Below are positions 11,806-24,580 of a stretch of DNA of 64,000 nucleotides, one piece after another. The stretch is from NCBI RefSeq assembly GCF_018350175.1, contig NC_058368.1:154320001-154384000 (forward strand). The letters are read 5' to 3'. The stretch's first letter is position 1, and each line of letters starts with the position of its first letter. Made by a program: the position numbers and the translations under genes. The stretch is from Felis catus. Taxonomy: Eukaryota. The notes beneath the pieces were generated by a model. It saw only the letters and a list, made by a program, of their open reading frames with translations, did not search any database and was not told the origin of the DNA.

Positions 11806-13273
11806 AATGTTAATCTAACAAAATCACAACACACTGGGTCTTAGGTTTTCAAAACATAAATGACACCATCAAAATGATGGAAACATTTTAATAAACACCG
11901 AAGTAACTATTTGCTGAAACTTGGTGCAATTTTGGAAATGTAAGGAATCTGGCGTAACACAATAGGGTGAATTTTACTTTGGCGCTATTCTTTTAATAGC
12001 CTATGCATATAGGTGAGCAGCATTTAGAATTCTCTATGGAAGGAGGAATCTCAGCCAGATTGTTTGCCTTAGCTTTGGAAGCTCTTTGTCAATAATTCTT
12101 CCAGAATTACAGTGAAGCCTTGGGCCACTTTGAAGGATCATTGAATGATTTAATTCTTGATAGTAAAATGCAGAAATTAAGGAATAGTTTTCTAAACCAA
12201 GTTTATTGACTTCATGAAAGCTATTAATATCATTCAAAGGATTGTCTACATAAAGATAGTTAAGTACAGTGATAGACTTAGTTTTTTGCCCCCATATCCC
12301 TGTATCACAGCTGAGGCCATTTTACTTATTCAATAAATAGTTATTGTCTGACCACTCTGTGACAAGCTTCGCGGTTGAAGAAGGAGTGACAAGTAATGAA
12401 TCAGGTGTGATTCTTCATGTAGCTCAACATGAGTAGCTTAAGAGAATCCGATTTAATAGTGAGCTCATATTGACCTTGTATGCAGATTCAAGTAGCTGTG
12501 TCAGCCTCTTGCTGTCTTATCTTTGAGTCTTATCTTTGAGCCATTGCACTTCCTTATTTTGGGGATCATGTTGAACATGTTTTCTTTCAAGTGTTCCTCA
12601 CGACTGGAATTCAGCTCCTGATCCCCACAATTCACAGCGAGACTTTTCTCTATATCAGTGTAACCATCACAAACCATCTAAACATTAGTTATTGCCAAAT
12701 TTTCTGATGGCCAATTTCTCCTCCATTCTGAGACTTTGAGATAAATACTGTTATGGAAACTGATTAATGCAATGTACACATCAACTTCAACTCCAAATAC
12801 TTCATGACAGACTCAGAACGTTTGCTATAAATGGCAGAGTAATGATGCAAACAGTTATGCAAGGGTGTAGAATGTTCGTGTTAAACACAATCTGCCTTAC
12901 CTTTTAGGCTGGAAGATTTTCGAAAGATAGAACTAAGCTGTATTCTTGTCACAGCATTGAAGACAGGTTATTTTGTTTCATTAAATATTTCAATATTTTA
13001 ATATAAATATATATAATGTATAATATATATAATATAAATATATATAATATATAACAGAAGAGGATTAATTTACTTCTCATTCAAGAATGACTCGGTAGTT
13101 TAGCCAAAAGAAGGGAGTGATGTAAACCATCATTTTCCTCAAGTTTGGCATTATTTGCTTCCCATTACTGAGTTAACTTCAAAATAGTCTCGTGTTTCAG
13201 TGATTGGTTATGTACAAATCCCCATAACTGTATTCTTACTGACTTCTTTAGTAATGGCTCCAATAGTTGAAGT

Positions 13274-14510
13274 ATTTTTAAACTGAAATATAATTCACAT
13301 ACTAAAATATACACCCTTTTAAAGCGTACAATTCAGTGGGTATAGCATATTCACAAAGTAGTGTAGTTGTCAGAGTTATCAAATTCCAGAATATTTTTAT
13401 CACCTCAAAAATAAATCCCATACCTATTAGCATTCACTTCTCATCCCTCCAGACCTTGGACCAATAGTCTCCTTTCTGTACTATGGGTTTGCCTATTTTA
13501 AACATTTCATACAAAAAAAAATTGTGCAATATGTGGTCTTTTGTATATGACTTCTTTCATTTAGCATGTTTTAGAGGGTCATCCATGTTGTACAATGGAT
13601 TATTATTTTTTCTTTTGGCTAAGAAATATTCTATTGTATGGAAATACTAAATTTTATTTATTCCTTTATCAGTTGATGGACCTTTGGGTTGTGTTCACTT
13701 TTCTGGCTTTTATGAATTGTAGTGTTATAAACATTTAACTAGTCTGTATATGGACATGTGTTTTCAATTCTCTTGGATACATATGTAGGAGTAGAATTTC
13801 TGGGTCATATGTTAATTTTATGTTTAACTTCATGAGCAATGGCCAAGTAAGCTGTACTATTTTATTTTCTAACAATGCATGAAAGTTCCTATTTTTCCAT
13901 GATTGCCAAAACTTATTATTGTTTGTCCCTTTGATTATAAACATCCTAGTATTTGCAAAGTGGTATCTCACCATGGTTTTGCATTGCATTTCCCTAATGA
14001 TGTTGAATCTATTGCTCATCCATTTGCACATCTTGGAAAAAATTGTATTCATATATTTTGTCCAATTTATATTAGAGTTATTGGACTTTCTCCTGTTTAA
14101 TTCTAATAGTTACTTACATATTTTGGGTGCTAGACCCTTATCATATATAGGATTTGAAAATATTTTCTCCTATTCCGTGAATTTTCTTTTCACTTTCTTA
14201 GGAGTATACTCTGAAGCACAAAAGTATAAAAATCTAATGAAGCCAAATCTGTCTATTTTTTCTTTGGTTGCTTTTGGTTTTGGTGTCCTATTTAAGAATC
14301 CACTGCTTGATCCAAATTTACAAACATTTACACAGATGTTTTATTCTGAGAGTTTTACAATTTTAATTCTTACATTTAGATCTCTCATTGTGAGTCAGTT
14401 TTTGTATATACTGTGATGAAAGATTACAACTTTCTTTTAGATGTGGTTTTGCAGTGTACAAAGAAAAACTTATTTTTTTCATTCAATTATTTTGGCACTC
14501 TTGTCAAAAT
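13274..14510 (-). mobile_element. old LINE-1 (L1MB-like) 3' part
   Basis: 3' end 'tataattcacatactaaaatatacaccctttt'; minus ORF 13735-14052 resembles the ORF2 C-terminus (IIREMQ..., LTYDPEILLL). Confidence 0.85.
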
Positions 14511-17430
14511 TTTTGTAACTGAAGTTTGGTTGACACACAATGTTAGATTATTTTCAGATGTATAGCATAGTGATTGTACATTATGCTATGATTATCACAA
14601 GTTTAGCTACCATCTGTCACCATGCAACGTTATTACAATACCAGGGACTGTATTCCCTATGCTGTAATTTTCATCCCTGTGACTTACTCATTCCCTATCT
14701 GAAACCCTGTACCTCCCACTCCCCTTCACACCTTTTGTCCATGCTCCCTCTTTTCCTCTGGCACCTGTCAGTTTGTTCTTTGTATGTATAGGTCTATTTC
14801 TGCTCATTGTTTGTTTACTTATGTTTTTGTTTTTTAGATTGTATGTATAAATGAAATCATATGGTATTTGACTTTATCTGACTTAGCATAACACTATCTA
14901 TGTTCATTTTGTTGCAAATGGCAAGATCTCATTCTTTTTTATGGCTAATACTTAATTGTATGGATATATGTATATACATATGTATGTATGTATATACACT
15001 GCATCTCCTTTATCCATTCATAAGCATTGTACACTTGGGTTGCTTCCATATCTTGGCTATTGTAAATAATGCTGAAGTAATTATAGGAGTGCATATGTTT
15101 TCAAATTAGTATTTTCATTTTTGGGGGTCATTAGCAAGCGGTGAAATTACTGGATTATATGATATTTATATTTTTAATTTTTTGAGGAACTTCCATATTG
15201 TTTGCCATAGTGACTAAACCAGTTTACATCCCCAATGACAGTGCATGAGTGTTCATTTTTATGCATATCTCCACCAACTCTTGTTACTTCTTGTCTTTTT
15301 GATACTAGCAATTTTGACAGAATTAAGGTGATAGACTCATTATGGTTTTGATTGGCATTTCCCTAATAATGAATGATAATTGAGCATCTTTTCATGTGTG
15401 TGTTGCTCATCTGTATGTCTTCTTTGGAAAGATGTCTATTCAGGTCCTGTGCCTATTTTTAAATCAGATTATTACTTTGTTGTTGTTGGTCTGTGTGTGT
15501 GTGTGTTATATAAGTTCTTCATATATTTGGGATATTAACCCTTTATGGGAAATAACATTTGTGAATATCTTCTCCCATTCAGTAGATAGCCTATTCATTC
15601 TATTGGTTCCCTTCACTGTGCACAAAGGTTTTTTGTTTTGTTTTGTTTTGTTTGTTTTTGTTTTTTTTAGCTTGGTGTCATTCCAATAGTTATTTTTTTC
15701 TTTTTTTCTCCTTGCCTCAGAAGACATGTCTAGAAAAATGTTGCTTGCTAATACTAATGTCACAGAGATTATGGCCTATGTTTTCTTCCAGAAGTTTTAT
15801 GTTTTCATGCCTCATATTCAGGTCTTCAGTCCATTTTGAGTTTATTTTTGTATATGTTGTAAGAAAGTGGTTCAGTTTCATTCAATTTGCCCACAACCAT
15901 TTATTGAAGAGACCTTCTTTTCCCCATTGCATATTCTGGCCTCTTCTATTATAGATTAATTGAGTTACTTTCTGGATTCTCTATTCTGTTTTCTTGATCT
16001 ATGTATCTATTTTTGTGCCAGTACCATACTATTTTAATTACTATAGTTTTGTGCTATATATTGAAACTGGAATTGTGATTAACTACAGCTCTTTTCTTCT
16101 TTCTTAAGATTACTTTGGCTATTCAGAGTCTTTTGTGGTTCTACACAAAATTTGAGATTATTTTTTATAGTTGTTTGAAAACTGCTGTTGGTATTTTAAT
16201 AGGGATTGCATTAAATCTGTAGATTGCTTTGGTAGTATGGGAATTTTAACAACATTAATTCTTCCATCCATAAGCATGACATATCTTTATGTATTAGCTG
16301 CTTTATTCATCATATTTTACTGTTTCCAGAGTACAGGTTTTTCACTTCCTTGGCTAAGTTTATTTCTAGGTATTTTATTCTTTTTGGCACGATTGTAAAT
16401 GGGATTGTTTTCTTAATTTCTCTTTCTCCTACTTTAGCATTAATATATAAAATGCAACACATTTCTGTGCATTAACTTTGTATTGTGCAACTTTACTGAA
16501 TTCATATATTTTAAAGAGTTTTTGGTGAAATCTTTAGGGTTTTCCATATATCATATCATGTCATCTGGAAATAATGAAAGTTTTACTTTTTCCTTACCAA
16601 TTTGGATGCTTTTTATTTATTTTTGTTGTCTAATTGCTGTGGCTAAGACTTCCAGTAGTTGTCTATTAAAAGTGGCAAGAATAGACATCCTTGACTTGTT
16701 GCTGATTTTAGATGAAAAGCTCTCAGTTTTTCACCAATGAGTATGATGTTAGCTTTGGGTTTGTTATATATAGCCTTTATTTTGTAGAGGTATATTCCCT
16801 CTAGACCCATTTCTTGAGGATTGTTTTATTATGAATGGGTGTTGTACTTTGTCAAATACCTTTTCTGTGTCTGTTGAGATGATTATATGATTATTATCCT
16901 GCATTTTGCTGTTGTGGTGTTTCACATTTATTGATTTATAAATATCGAACAATTCTTGCATTCCCTTGCACTTGATCATGGTGAATGACCCTTTTAATGT
17001 AATTTTTAATGCATCTTTAAATATTTTATTGAAGATTTTTCAGTTTATATTCATCTGGGATATTGGCCTATAGCTATTTTTTTTTGTAGTGTCTTTGTTT
17101 ATCAGGGTAATGCTGGATTCATAGAATGAAGTTTGAAGTTTTCCTACCTCTTACAGTTTTTGGAATAGTTGGAGGCAAATAGGTATTAACTCTTTTTTGA
17201 ATGTTTGCTCAAATTTACTTGTGAATTCTTCTGGTCCTAGACTTTTGTTTGTTGGGAGGTTTTTGATTATTGATTCAATTTTGTTACAAGTAATTGGTCT
17301 GTTTAGATCTTCTCTTTCTTCCAGATTGAGCTTTAGAAGATTGTATGTTTTTAGGAATTAATTTATTTTAGGTTGGCAATATGTTAGCATTTAATTTTTG
17401 TAGTAGTCTCTATAATCCATTTATTTTCCT
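14511..17430 (-). mobile_element. carnivore LINE-1 (L1_Carn/L1MA9-like), 5'-truncated, inserted into the L1MB
   Basis: New 3' end begins at 14511; ORF2 remnants (EWEKIFTN; IIISTDTEKVFDKVQHPF at 16764-16979). Confidence 0.88.
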
Positions 17431-17551
17431 CTTTATTAGGGGGAAATTATTGGTCCATAAGTTTCGTGTGCTCTCTTGGTCTGGCTTTGGTATTTGAGTA
17501 ATATTGTTTTCATAGAATTAATTGTGAAGTACTATTTTATCTTTCACTTTT

Positions 17552-18155
17552 TGCACACAGATGTTTATAATACCTTTATTTATAATGACCTGGAATTGGA
17601 AATAACCAAGATGTTTTCCAATAGGTGAATGGATAAACATTCTGTGGTACACTCATATGATGGAATATTATCCACCCATAAAAGGAAATGAGGCATCGAG
17701 CCATGAAAAGGCATGGAGGACACTTAAATGCATATTAAGTTTAAGAAGCCAAACTGAAAAGGTCTATATGATCTCCATTATAATTATATGATATCATGAA
17801 AGAGGAAAAACTATGAAGACAGTGTAAATATCAATGGTTGCCAGAGGTTCAGGAACAAAGGTTAAATGTGAGGGAATGTTAGGGCAGTAAAACTATTTTG
17901 TGTGATACTATAATGGTGGATCCATGATATTATGTGTTTGTCAAACTCAGAGATGTGTGATGCAAAATGTGAACACTAAAATGAATTATATACTATAGTT
18001 AACAATATATTCATATTGATTCGTCACTTTTAGCAATTACAGTACCCTAATGCAAGATGTTATTAATAGGAGAAACTGTATGTGGGAGGGGTAAGAGAAA
18101 CTCTTACTTTCTGCTTACTTGTTTGGTAAATCAAACTGCTTAAAAATAAAGTTTT
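17552..18155 (+). mobile_element. L1MC-like 3' end
   Basis: 'aggtgaatggataaacattctgtggtac...gccatgaaaaggcatggagg...aaactgcttaaaaataaag'. Confidence 0.8.
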
Positions 18156-19996
18156 TGAATTTGAATACAGTATAGTCTAGTTCACATTAAAACCAACTGA
18201 TTCATATTAAAACCAAGCAGCAGGAAAAAAAAATTATAACTATACATTTCCATTTTCTCCTCTATCTTTTCGCTCTTATGTATGAATGAGATTACATCTT
18301 CCTAAATGGTAATCCCATCAATACAGATTTGTAATTATTACTTTATCTAGTTGTTTAAAAAATCAGTTGGAAGAAAAAAGTGCATTACAAATAAATATAG
18401 CATTTATACTGTCTTCTATATTCCCCTATTAGTTACCTTTATCAGCATTCTCTATTTTCCATGTGCATTCAAGTTACCAAGCCATTACTGCATGCAATGA
18501 ATTCATTTCCATTTGAAGGAGTTATTGTATGCATGGTTCAAGAAACCATCCTAGCAGTATAATAAAACCAGCTCTAGGTATTTTTGCCACAAATTACACA
18601 AGAGTTCTTCCATGTCAATGAACTCTTTTATTTTACCTTCCCAGGTCTAAAACCTTCAAGGTACTCTTGTACACATTCATTTTAAGGACTTCTTGTTTAT
18701 ATTAGCTAGCTATTTCAGTTATTTGAGTACATAGCTATTTCTTCTTAGGCAGTAACTGCATTTCTCTACTTAGAGTATGTTATGATATAAAGCTAATTAT
18801 TGTATATCTAGTGATGGTAATGAGGGAAGGAATAGGCAGATCATGAGGACAAGCACCATCGTCCAAAATAACAGTATGAGTTGAAGTATTTAAAAAATTT
18901 TCATGTGGGGAGAGACTTCTCTGCTATATCAAGGAAAAGAAAATTTCTTTTTTAGCTTGGGAAGTTTAGGAGGATCTGAACACTCAATATTCTCAGTCTT
19001 ATTTACCTAGATGTGTAATGCCTACTGTCGGTTTCACCTATTTTCCTATAAAGATCTGATGTGGACACAGGAATATCTTACAGTGAGTGTTTGGACTCCT
19101 ATGTAATTCGCTTGAACTGAAAAGCAGATTCTATGCTTGATTTTCAGTACGTTGCCCTATTGCCGTGAACTAAGAGTCTGTTTAAAACTGCTGTTGATGC
19201 CCTTCAGTTTTCAGACAGATTAAAGTAACAATTTATATATAGCTTCCTTCTTTTTGTTTTGTCCAAAACCTCCAGAATCATCAAAGGAGTCAAGCCACTT
19301 CTGGTACTAACTGAGGTAGTTTGGGCTTCCTAGAAAACTGAGAATGAAGTAAAATTTAAGCACTAACACTTACCTGAGAGGTGTGACCCAAAACAATGCT
19401 ACTAAGGTAGGAGGTCCAGAGTAGGATGAGAAGAAAAAATACGTGATGAGTTTTTGATGCAGGCACTACTTCCTAAGCCATAAAGAGACAAAGCAGTTTG
19501 TTAGCCTTTTAGGAAATCTTAGGTGGTACATAAACCATATATCAGAACAAATCACAAGAGGATAAATAAAAACAAAACGAATTTATCTTCCATATATCAC
19601 TTGCCTATTGTTTTTCATTGATCAATATTTGTCGCATTGGAAATTCAACAGCTTTGTACTTTTAAGTTGTATCAACTATCCCTTTTAACGCAATTGTTCA
19701 GTATCAATGTTTAGCTTTAAACAGTTGTTAATTATCTCAAATGTGGAGATTCGAATTTGCTGTGTGAATGGCAATTTACAGGTTGTACTATACAACAAAT
19801 ACTTGTCAGTACAAGTATCTATACTTAGTATATCACTTATAACATGATATACTTCAACAAATATATATATACTCATTATATGTATCATACTGTGTTTTAA
19901 CATATATACTTAATATATGTATATGAAGACATACATATTAACCCTGGCTAAAAATGTCATATGATATATACTTAGCCACCCATCAAGTAAAATTTA

Positions 19997-20216
19997 GGAA
20001 AACACTTTTTAATATTTATTTATTTTTGAGAGAGAGAGAGAGAGCGAGTGTGGGGGAGGCAGGGAGAGAGGGAGACACAGAATGTGACGCAGGCTCCAGG
20101 CTCCAGGCTCCAAGCTGACAGAACAGAGCCCGATGCGGGACTCAAATCCACAAACTGTGAGATCATGAGCTGAGCTGAAGTTGGATGCTTAACTGGCTGA
20201 GCCACCCAGGTGCCCC
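19997..20216 (-). mobile_element. CAN-SINE (SINEC_Fc)
   Basis: Full body; TSD aagtaaaattt on both sides. Confidence 0.95.
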
Positions 20217-20570
20217 AAAAGTAAAATTTTAAACTTCTCTTAGATATTCTGGGACCTGAATGCAGTACTATTTTACCTGATTTTAAGATAATAATATCAA
20301 ATAAGTAAAATATTTGCTCTCAATATTTCTTCAGACACACTTTTGCATGTTAAGAATGCTACCTATTTTTAGTTTGCTAATTATTTTTAGTATGGATGTG
20401 GTGGAATTTTATCACATGCTTTTACCATATTCATGGATATAATGAATTTAGTTGCTGACATTTTATTCAACAATTTTATGCCTAATTTCATGACTTAAAT
20501 AGGCTTAAATAAAAGTAAATACAAAATTAAAAAACAAAAAGTTCTTGATTGATTTGTACTATCCTTGTCA

Positions 20571-20630
20571 GGTTCAAATCCCTGAGATCAAGAGTCAAAT
20601 GCCCTACTGACTGAGTTAGCCAGGCACTGC
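20571..20630 (-). mobile_element. CAN-SINE head fragment
   Basis: 'cctgagatcaagagtcaaatgccctactgactgagttagccaggcac'. Confidence 0.65.
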
Positions 20631-21016
20631 CTTTTCAGGTTTTGATATCAAGGTTTTTTTAACCTCATAAAAAGAATTGAATAATTTCCTTTTATATATA
20701 TTCAGAAAAATAGAAGTTGGTAAGCTTGAGAAAATATATTCTATACATATTTAGTAAAATGCAGTGAAAAATACAGGAACTATGGAATTGAAGATTTTTT
20801 TTTGTCCAAGTAAAATTTTCTGTCACAAGGTATAGCTACTATTGGCAAAGAATAAAGCACTTCAGTTTGATTGGAGAAATTGAAGGATTATCAATTTATT
20901 TTCAGTTAGATATTTGTGTTGAATTTAAATGCATATAAGCTTAAACACTATGATTTTTTCAACATTAGAAACTTTTTTTGATGTGCATTCTTTACTGACA
21001 GCCTCTTCTCTGCCCA

Positions 21017-21413
21017 ATTAAACCATTTTAACAGAAGAGTTTTGGAAATGGAGAGGGGGATATCTATATAAATAACTATAATGTTTCTCTTATTTATTGA
21101 CCATTTTAACATTAATTAATTAATTAATTAATTAATTTAATTTTTTTAGACAGAGAGAGGCAGAGCATGAACAGGGGAGGGGCACAGAGAGAGGGAGACA
21201 AAGAATCCGAAACAGGCTCCAGGCTCTGAGCTATTTATTGACCATTTTAATAATATATATTATCATGACTAGTTTTATTAATTTATCTATTAAACCATTT
21301 TGACAGAAGAGTTTTAGAAATGGAGAGAGGGATATCTATATAAATAACTATAATGTTTCTTTTATTGACCATTTTAACAATATATATCCCATGACTAGTT
21401 TTATTAATTTATC
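21017..21413. repeat. about 125-bp tandem duplication, first copy interrupted by a SINE
   Basis: 'attaaaccatttt(a/g)acagaagagtttt(g/a)gaaatggagag...catgactagttttattaatttatc' occurs at 21017-21288 (split) and 21289-21413. Confidence 0.93.
21110..21231 (-). mobile_element. 5'-truncated CAN-SINE
   Basis: Only the 3' half is present; exact 19-bp TSD tatttattgaccattttaa (21091-21109, 21232-21250). Confidence 0.92.
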
Positions 21414-22879
21414 CATGAGAGTATATGGTTTTTGATAAATATTTCAAATAGTAGTGAATTCCTTGCAGTGTTATATGCCCTAAAGTCTGTGACAGCCTCG
21501 TGAATTATGGTATGTTGGATTATCAACATACAGTAGTACTCTCTTAGAATCAATCTTCTAAATTCTAGAAATGTTATATGATTGATCTTGTAAAAGTAGT
21601 TTCAGTTTTTGTTTCTTTATTAGTGAAGTTTAAATTAATGAATGTTGCTAATCCAGGGTTCATTATTTCAATTAATAGTTCCAAACGTACTCTAAAAACT
21701 CAAAAAAAAAAATACAAAACAAAAAACCCTTCACACAACACTAAAAGAATCAGAGCTATTTGGCAGATGCTGAAACTGTGTAAGGAAATGCAAAAAAAAT
21801 TAACTTACAAAACAAACTTGACCTATAAATTGTCCTCCTACAAGCTAACCCAACGACTATATTCAACCCTAAGGGCTCTCAATAGAAATGATTTGCTGAA
21901 ATAAAGTAGTCCCTCAGTTACCTGAATCTTTAAGTGAAATCTCATACATTTTGATGAGCAGTAAAGAGGATAGCAGCACAAAGGATCCCCACATTTGCAC
22001 TACTAAATTGGGATTGCTGTGAGAAACTGAGGCCAGTGGGCTGGTTGTCACTGCTGCTTCACTAGAATTTAAAATGCAGCTAATTCTGGTCTCAGTCATT
22101 CCCTTGTGGAATGGAATACGAGATTCTTTTGTGAGAGCCAGAAATCACCTGAACATATAGCCCTACTGGAGACAAGAAAAGAGGTGAAGAGAACAAGGGT
22201 TTGAGGCAGAGGTGTGTGTACGTGTGTAGGCATGCTTGTGTGGAGGTATAGGTGGGCATGCATATACGTGCTTGTTCAGAGAGATTATGATTGGTAACAG
22301 TTGAATAGTTTATAATTTAGACAAGGTCTTCTTTGCAACATTTGGTCATATCTGGATGTACTTCAGGACATGGAGCCTTCCACACGTGCTCACTAATTTC
22401 TTAATGTACTAGATGCCAGCCAAGGAATGACTAGCTAATTAGGTTCTGCCTTCTGTTTGATTTTGTGAGGATAGCTTGAGGTTGCTTAGCATTTGCACCT
22501 CTAGAGCTGTCTTGGAAAATTTGGGTTCTGTGGCTTTAATTAAGACAACTTCCATTAGGATACACTTATCTGAAAATATTAATGTCAACTTAAGGTACTT
22601 TTTAAAAATCGTATCTCAAAGATTCCTTCTATAAGTACCCAATTTTCTAATAGTAAGATGGTATTACAGAATGAAATTATAACCTTAATTTTAGTGGAAG
22701 TATTTGGTTGTAAGTAGGATTTTCCCTTAAATGACAACTTTCTGAATATCGTTTCCTGATTTACAATACAGTAGCAGCTAGTATTTAAAGAGAATTTTGC
22801 TCCTCATGATTCAGGCCATTTCAAATCAGGGTCCTTGTAAAGCAACAGTTCAAAAACAACTTAAAAATAAGCTTTGAGC

Positions 22880-23030
22880 AAATTCGGTTGTGTGAAATGC
22901 TTACTAGGTATGTTAACATGGGCAAGTATTTTACCTTTCTGAGCCTCATTTCCTTCTGTAAAATTGAAATCATACTTTAAAGTACGGTTATGAAAATTAT
23001 TGGAGAAAATGTTAGAAAATGGTAAACAAA
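22880..23030 (+). mobile_element. MIR relic
   Basis: 'gggcaagtattttacctttctgagcctcatttccttctgtaaaat' MIR core. Confidence 0.65.
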
Positions 23031-24144
23031 CTGAATTATTTTTTTATGTGTATATATAGAGATGTATAGAGTCTTCTGGTATTAAGTAATTTGATGCAGT
23101 TTCCAATAGTATTTTGATAGTCTTAACCTTAAGTATTGTGGGATGTATCTTAATTTAGATGTATCTTAAAATCAGAATCTACATATAGGTTATCATTGGT
23201 TACAGGATTATTTCTCACCATTTTCATGAAAGAGAGTATGGACAAACATTGCCAGTATTTCAACAAACAACCAGATAGTTCAGACATGTTTTCACCCAAA
23301 TTCCAGTGTGCTTTTGATAAGAACATGATCTATAGCTTCTTAAAATTGGAATCTACTGATTAAAGAGATAGTAATTCACATTCATTCTGGAATAAGGTTT
23401 CATGAATAAAAACACTGTCACTTAAATAATAATTCATGCTCATGATACATCTAGTATAACTGTAACTTCATTTATTTCCATTTTATTTATCATTTTCCAA
23501 AATCTTATCTGCCATTGAACTTAAGCTTGTTTATAAGTTGGGCATTTGTAGTATTTCCTTCTTAGAATAGAGCTCACTGAAATGTTGTGATAAAACATTT
23601 TGAATTAAAATGTAATGCATATTTATCATCTATTCAGTTTTAGCTCACCAAACCCTAGGTGCAAAGAAGCAATGCTTCTTCTGTTAATGATCAAGGTATA
23701 GAAGTAGATACCCCTACTTCTTCAATTAATTCATTCTGCCTTTACTCATACATATCTTCTGATGTGTGGGTGTGATAATTTTGGCTTTATTCCTCATTTC
23801 ATTTTGGGTATTCATATCTTTTTTGTTTCTCTTTAATTTTATTTTTAATTTTTTAATATTACTAACACTTATTTTATATGCTTAATTGATTCCTGTGACT
23901 TATCAATATGTTCATTGAAATGAACAATTATTTTTATTTCTTCTTATATCCTTCTTGAAAAAAAAGAGTTTATAAATAGTATAAGCTCTTAATAATATTT
24001 TTAATAACATTTTGATAGAGTTGCTACTCACAAATTAAGAATAATGAAGGGCAGGAACACGGAGGAATTCAATCTTGATTAGCTTATCCACAATATCATG
24101 TGTGGAAATCTTTAGTGGTTTTCCCAATGCTATAGGATAAGCAC

Positions 24145-24580
24145 AAATTCTCTCACAGGCCCTAAATCCTGAACCAGTAATCCTGGTCATTACTAACTTC
24201 TCCAGCCTTAATTGCATGGCAATCCTAGTGACTCTCTGTATTTCTTTTATTTCCCTGTTCCTTTCCACTGCATGGTATTTGCAAGTGTGTTTCTGTGCCT
24301 AAAACTCTCTACATCCCACCCCAGCTCTGTAACTCTTACCTAACTTTCACATCTTGGCTATTTTTTTAAATTTCTCAAAGATGCACTATCTCCTCTCCTT
24401 TAGAGGTCAAATTACTTAATAATATATACCTTTATTGTATAGCACTGTATTCCTGAATTGATTCCTTCATGACTAACATAGTTGCAATTTTATATTAGGT
24501 GATTATGTGATTAGTATTTGTATTTTCTGTTTGACTCTAAGCTTATTTGTTAAATATATGTATGAATAGATGTATGAAAC
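24145..24580 (+). mobile_element. L2 relic
   Basis: Degenerate L2 3' region ending 'tatttgttaaatatatgtatgaat'. Confidence 0.45.

Noticed and set aside
13919..14416. 165-aa hydrophobic ORF resembling a membrane protein
   Set aside because: It is the antisense strand of L1 ORF2 (T-rich); the same applies to the other F/L/I-rich plus-strand ORFs over L1s
18620..18666. Plus-strand 16-nt microexon-like segment after a good pyrimidine tract
   Set aside because: Weak donor (gtactc), not frame-preserving, no other support
23664..23722. Two short hairpins (agaagca-a-tgcttct; agaagtag-ataccc-ctacttct)
   Set aside because: Stems of 7-8 bp are expected by chance in 64 kb of AT-rich DNA; no ncRNA features
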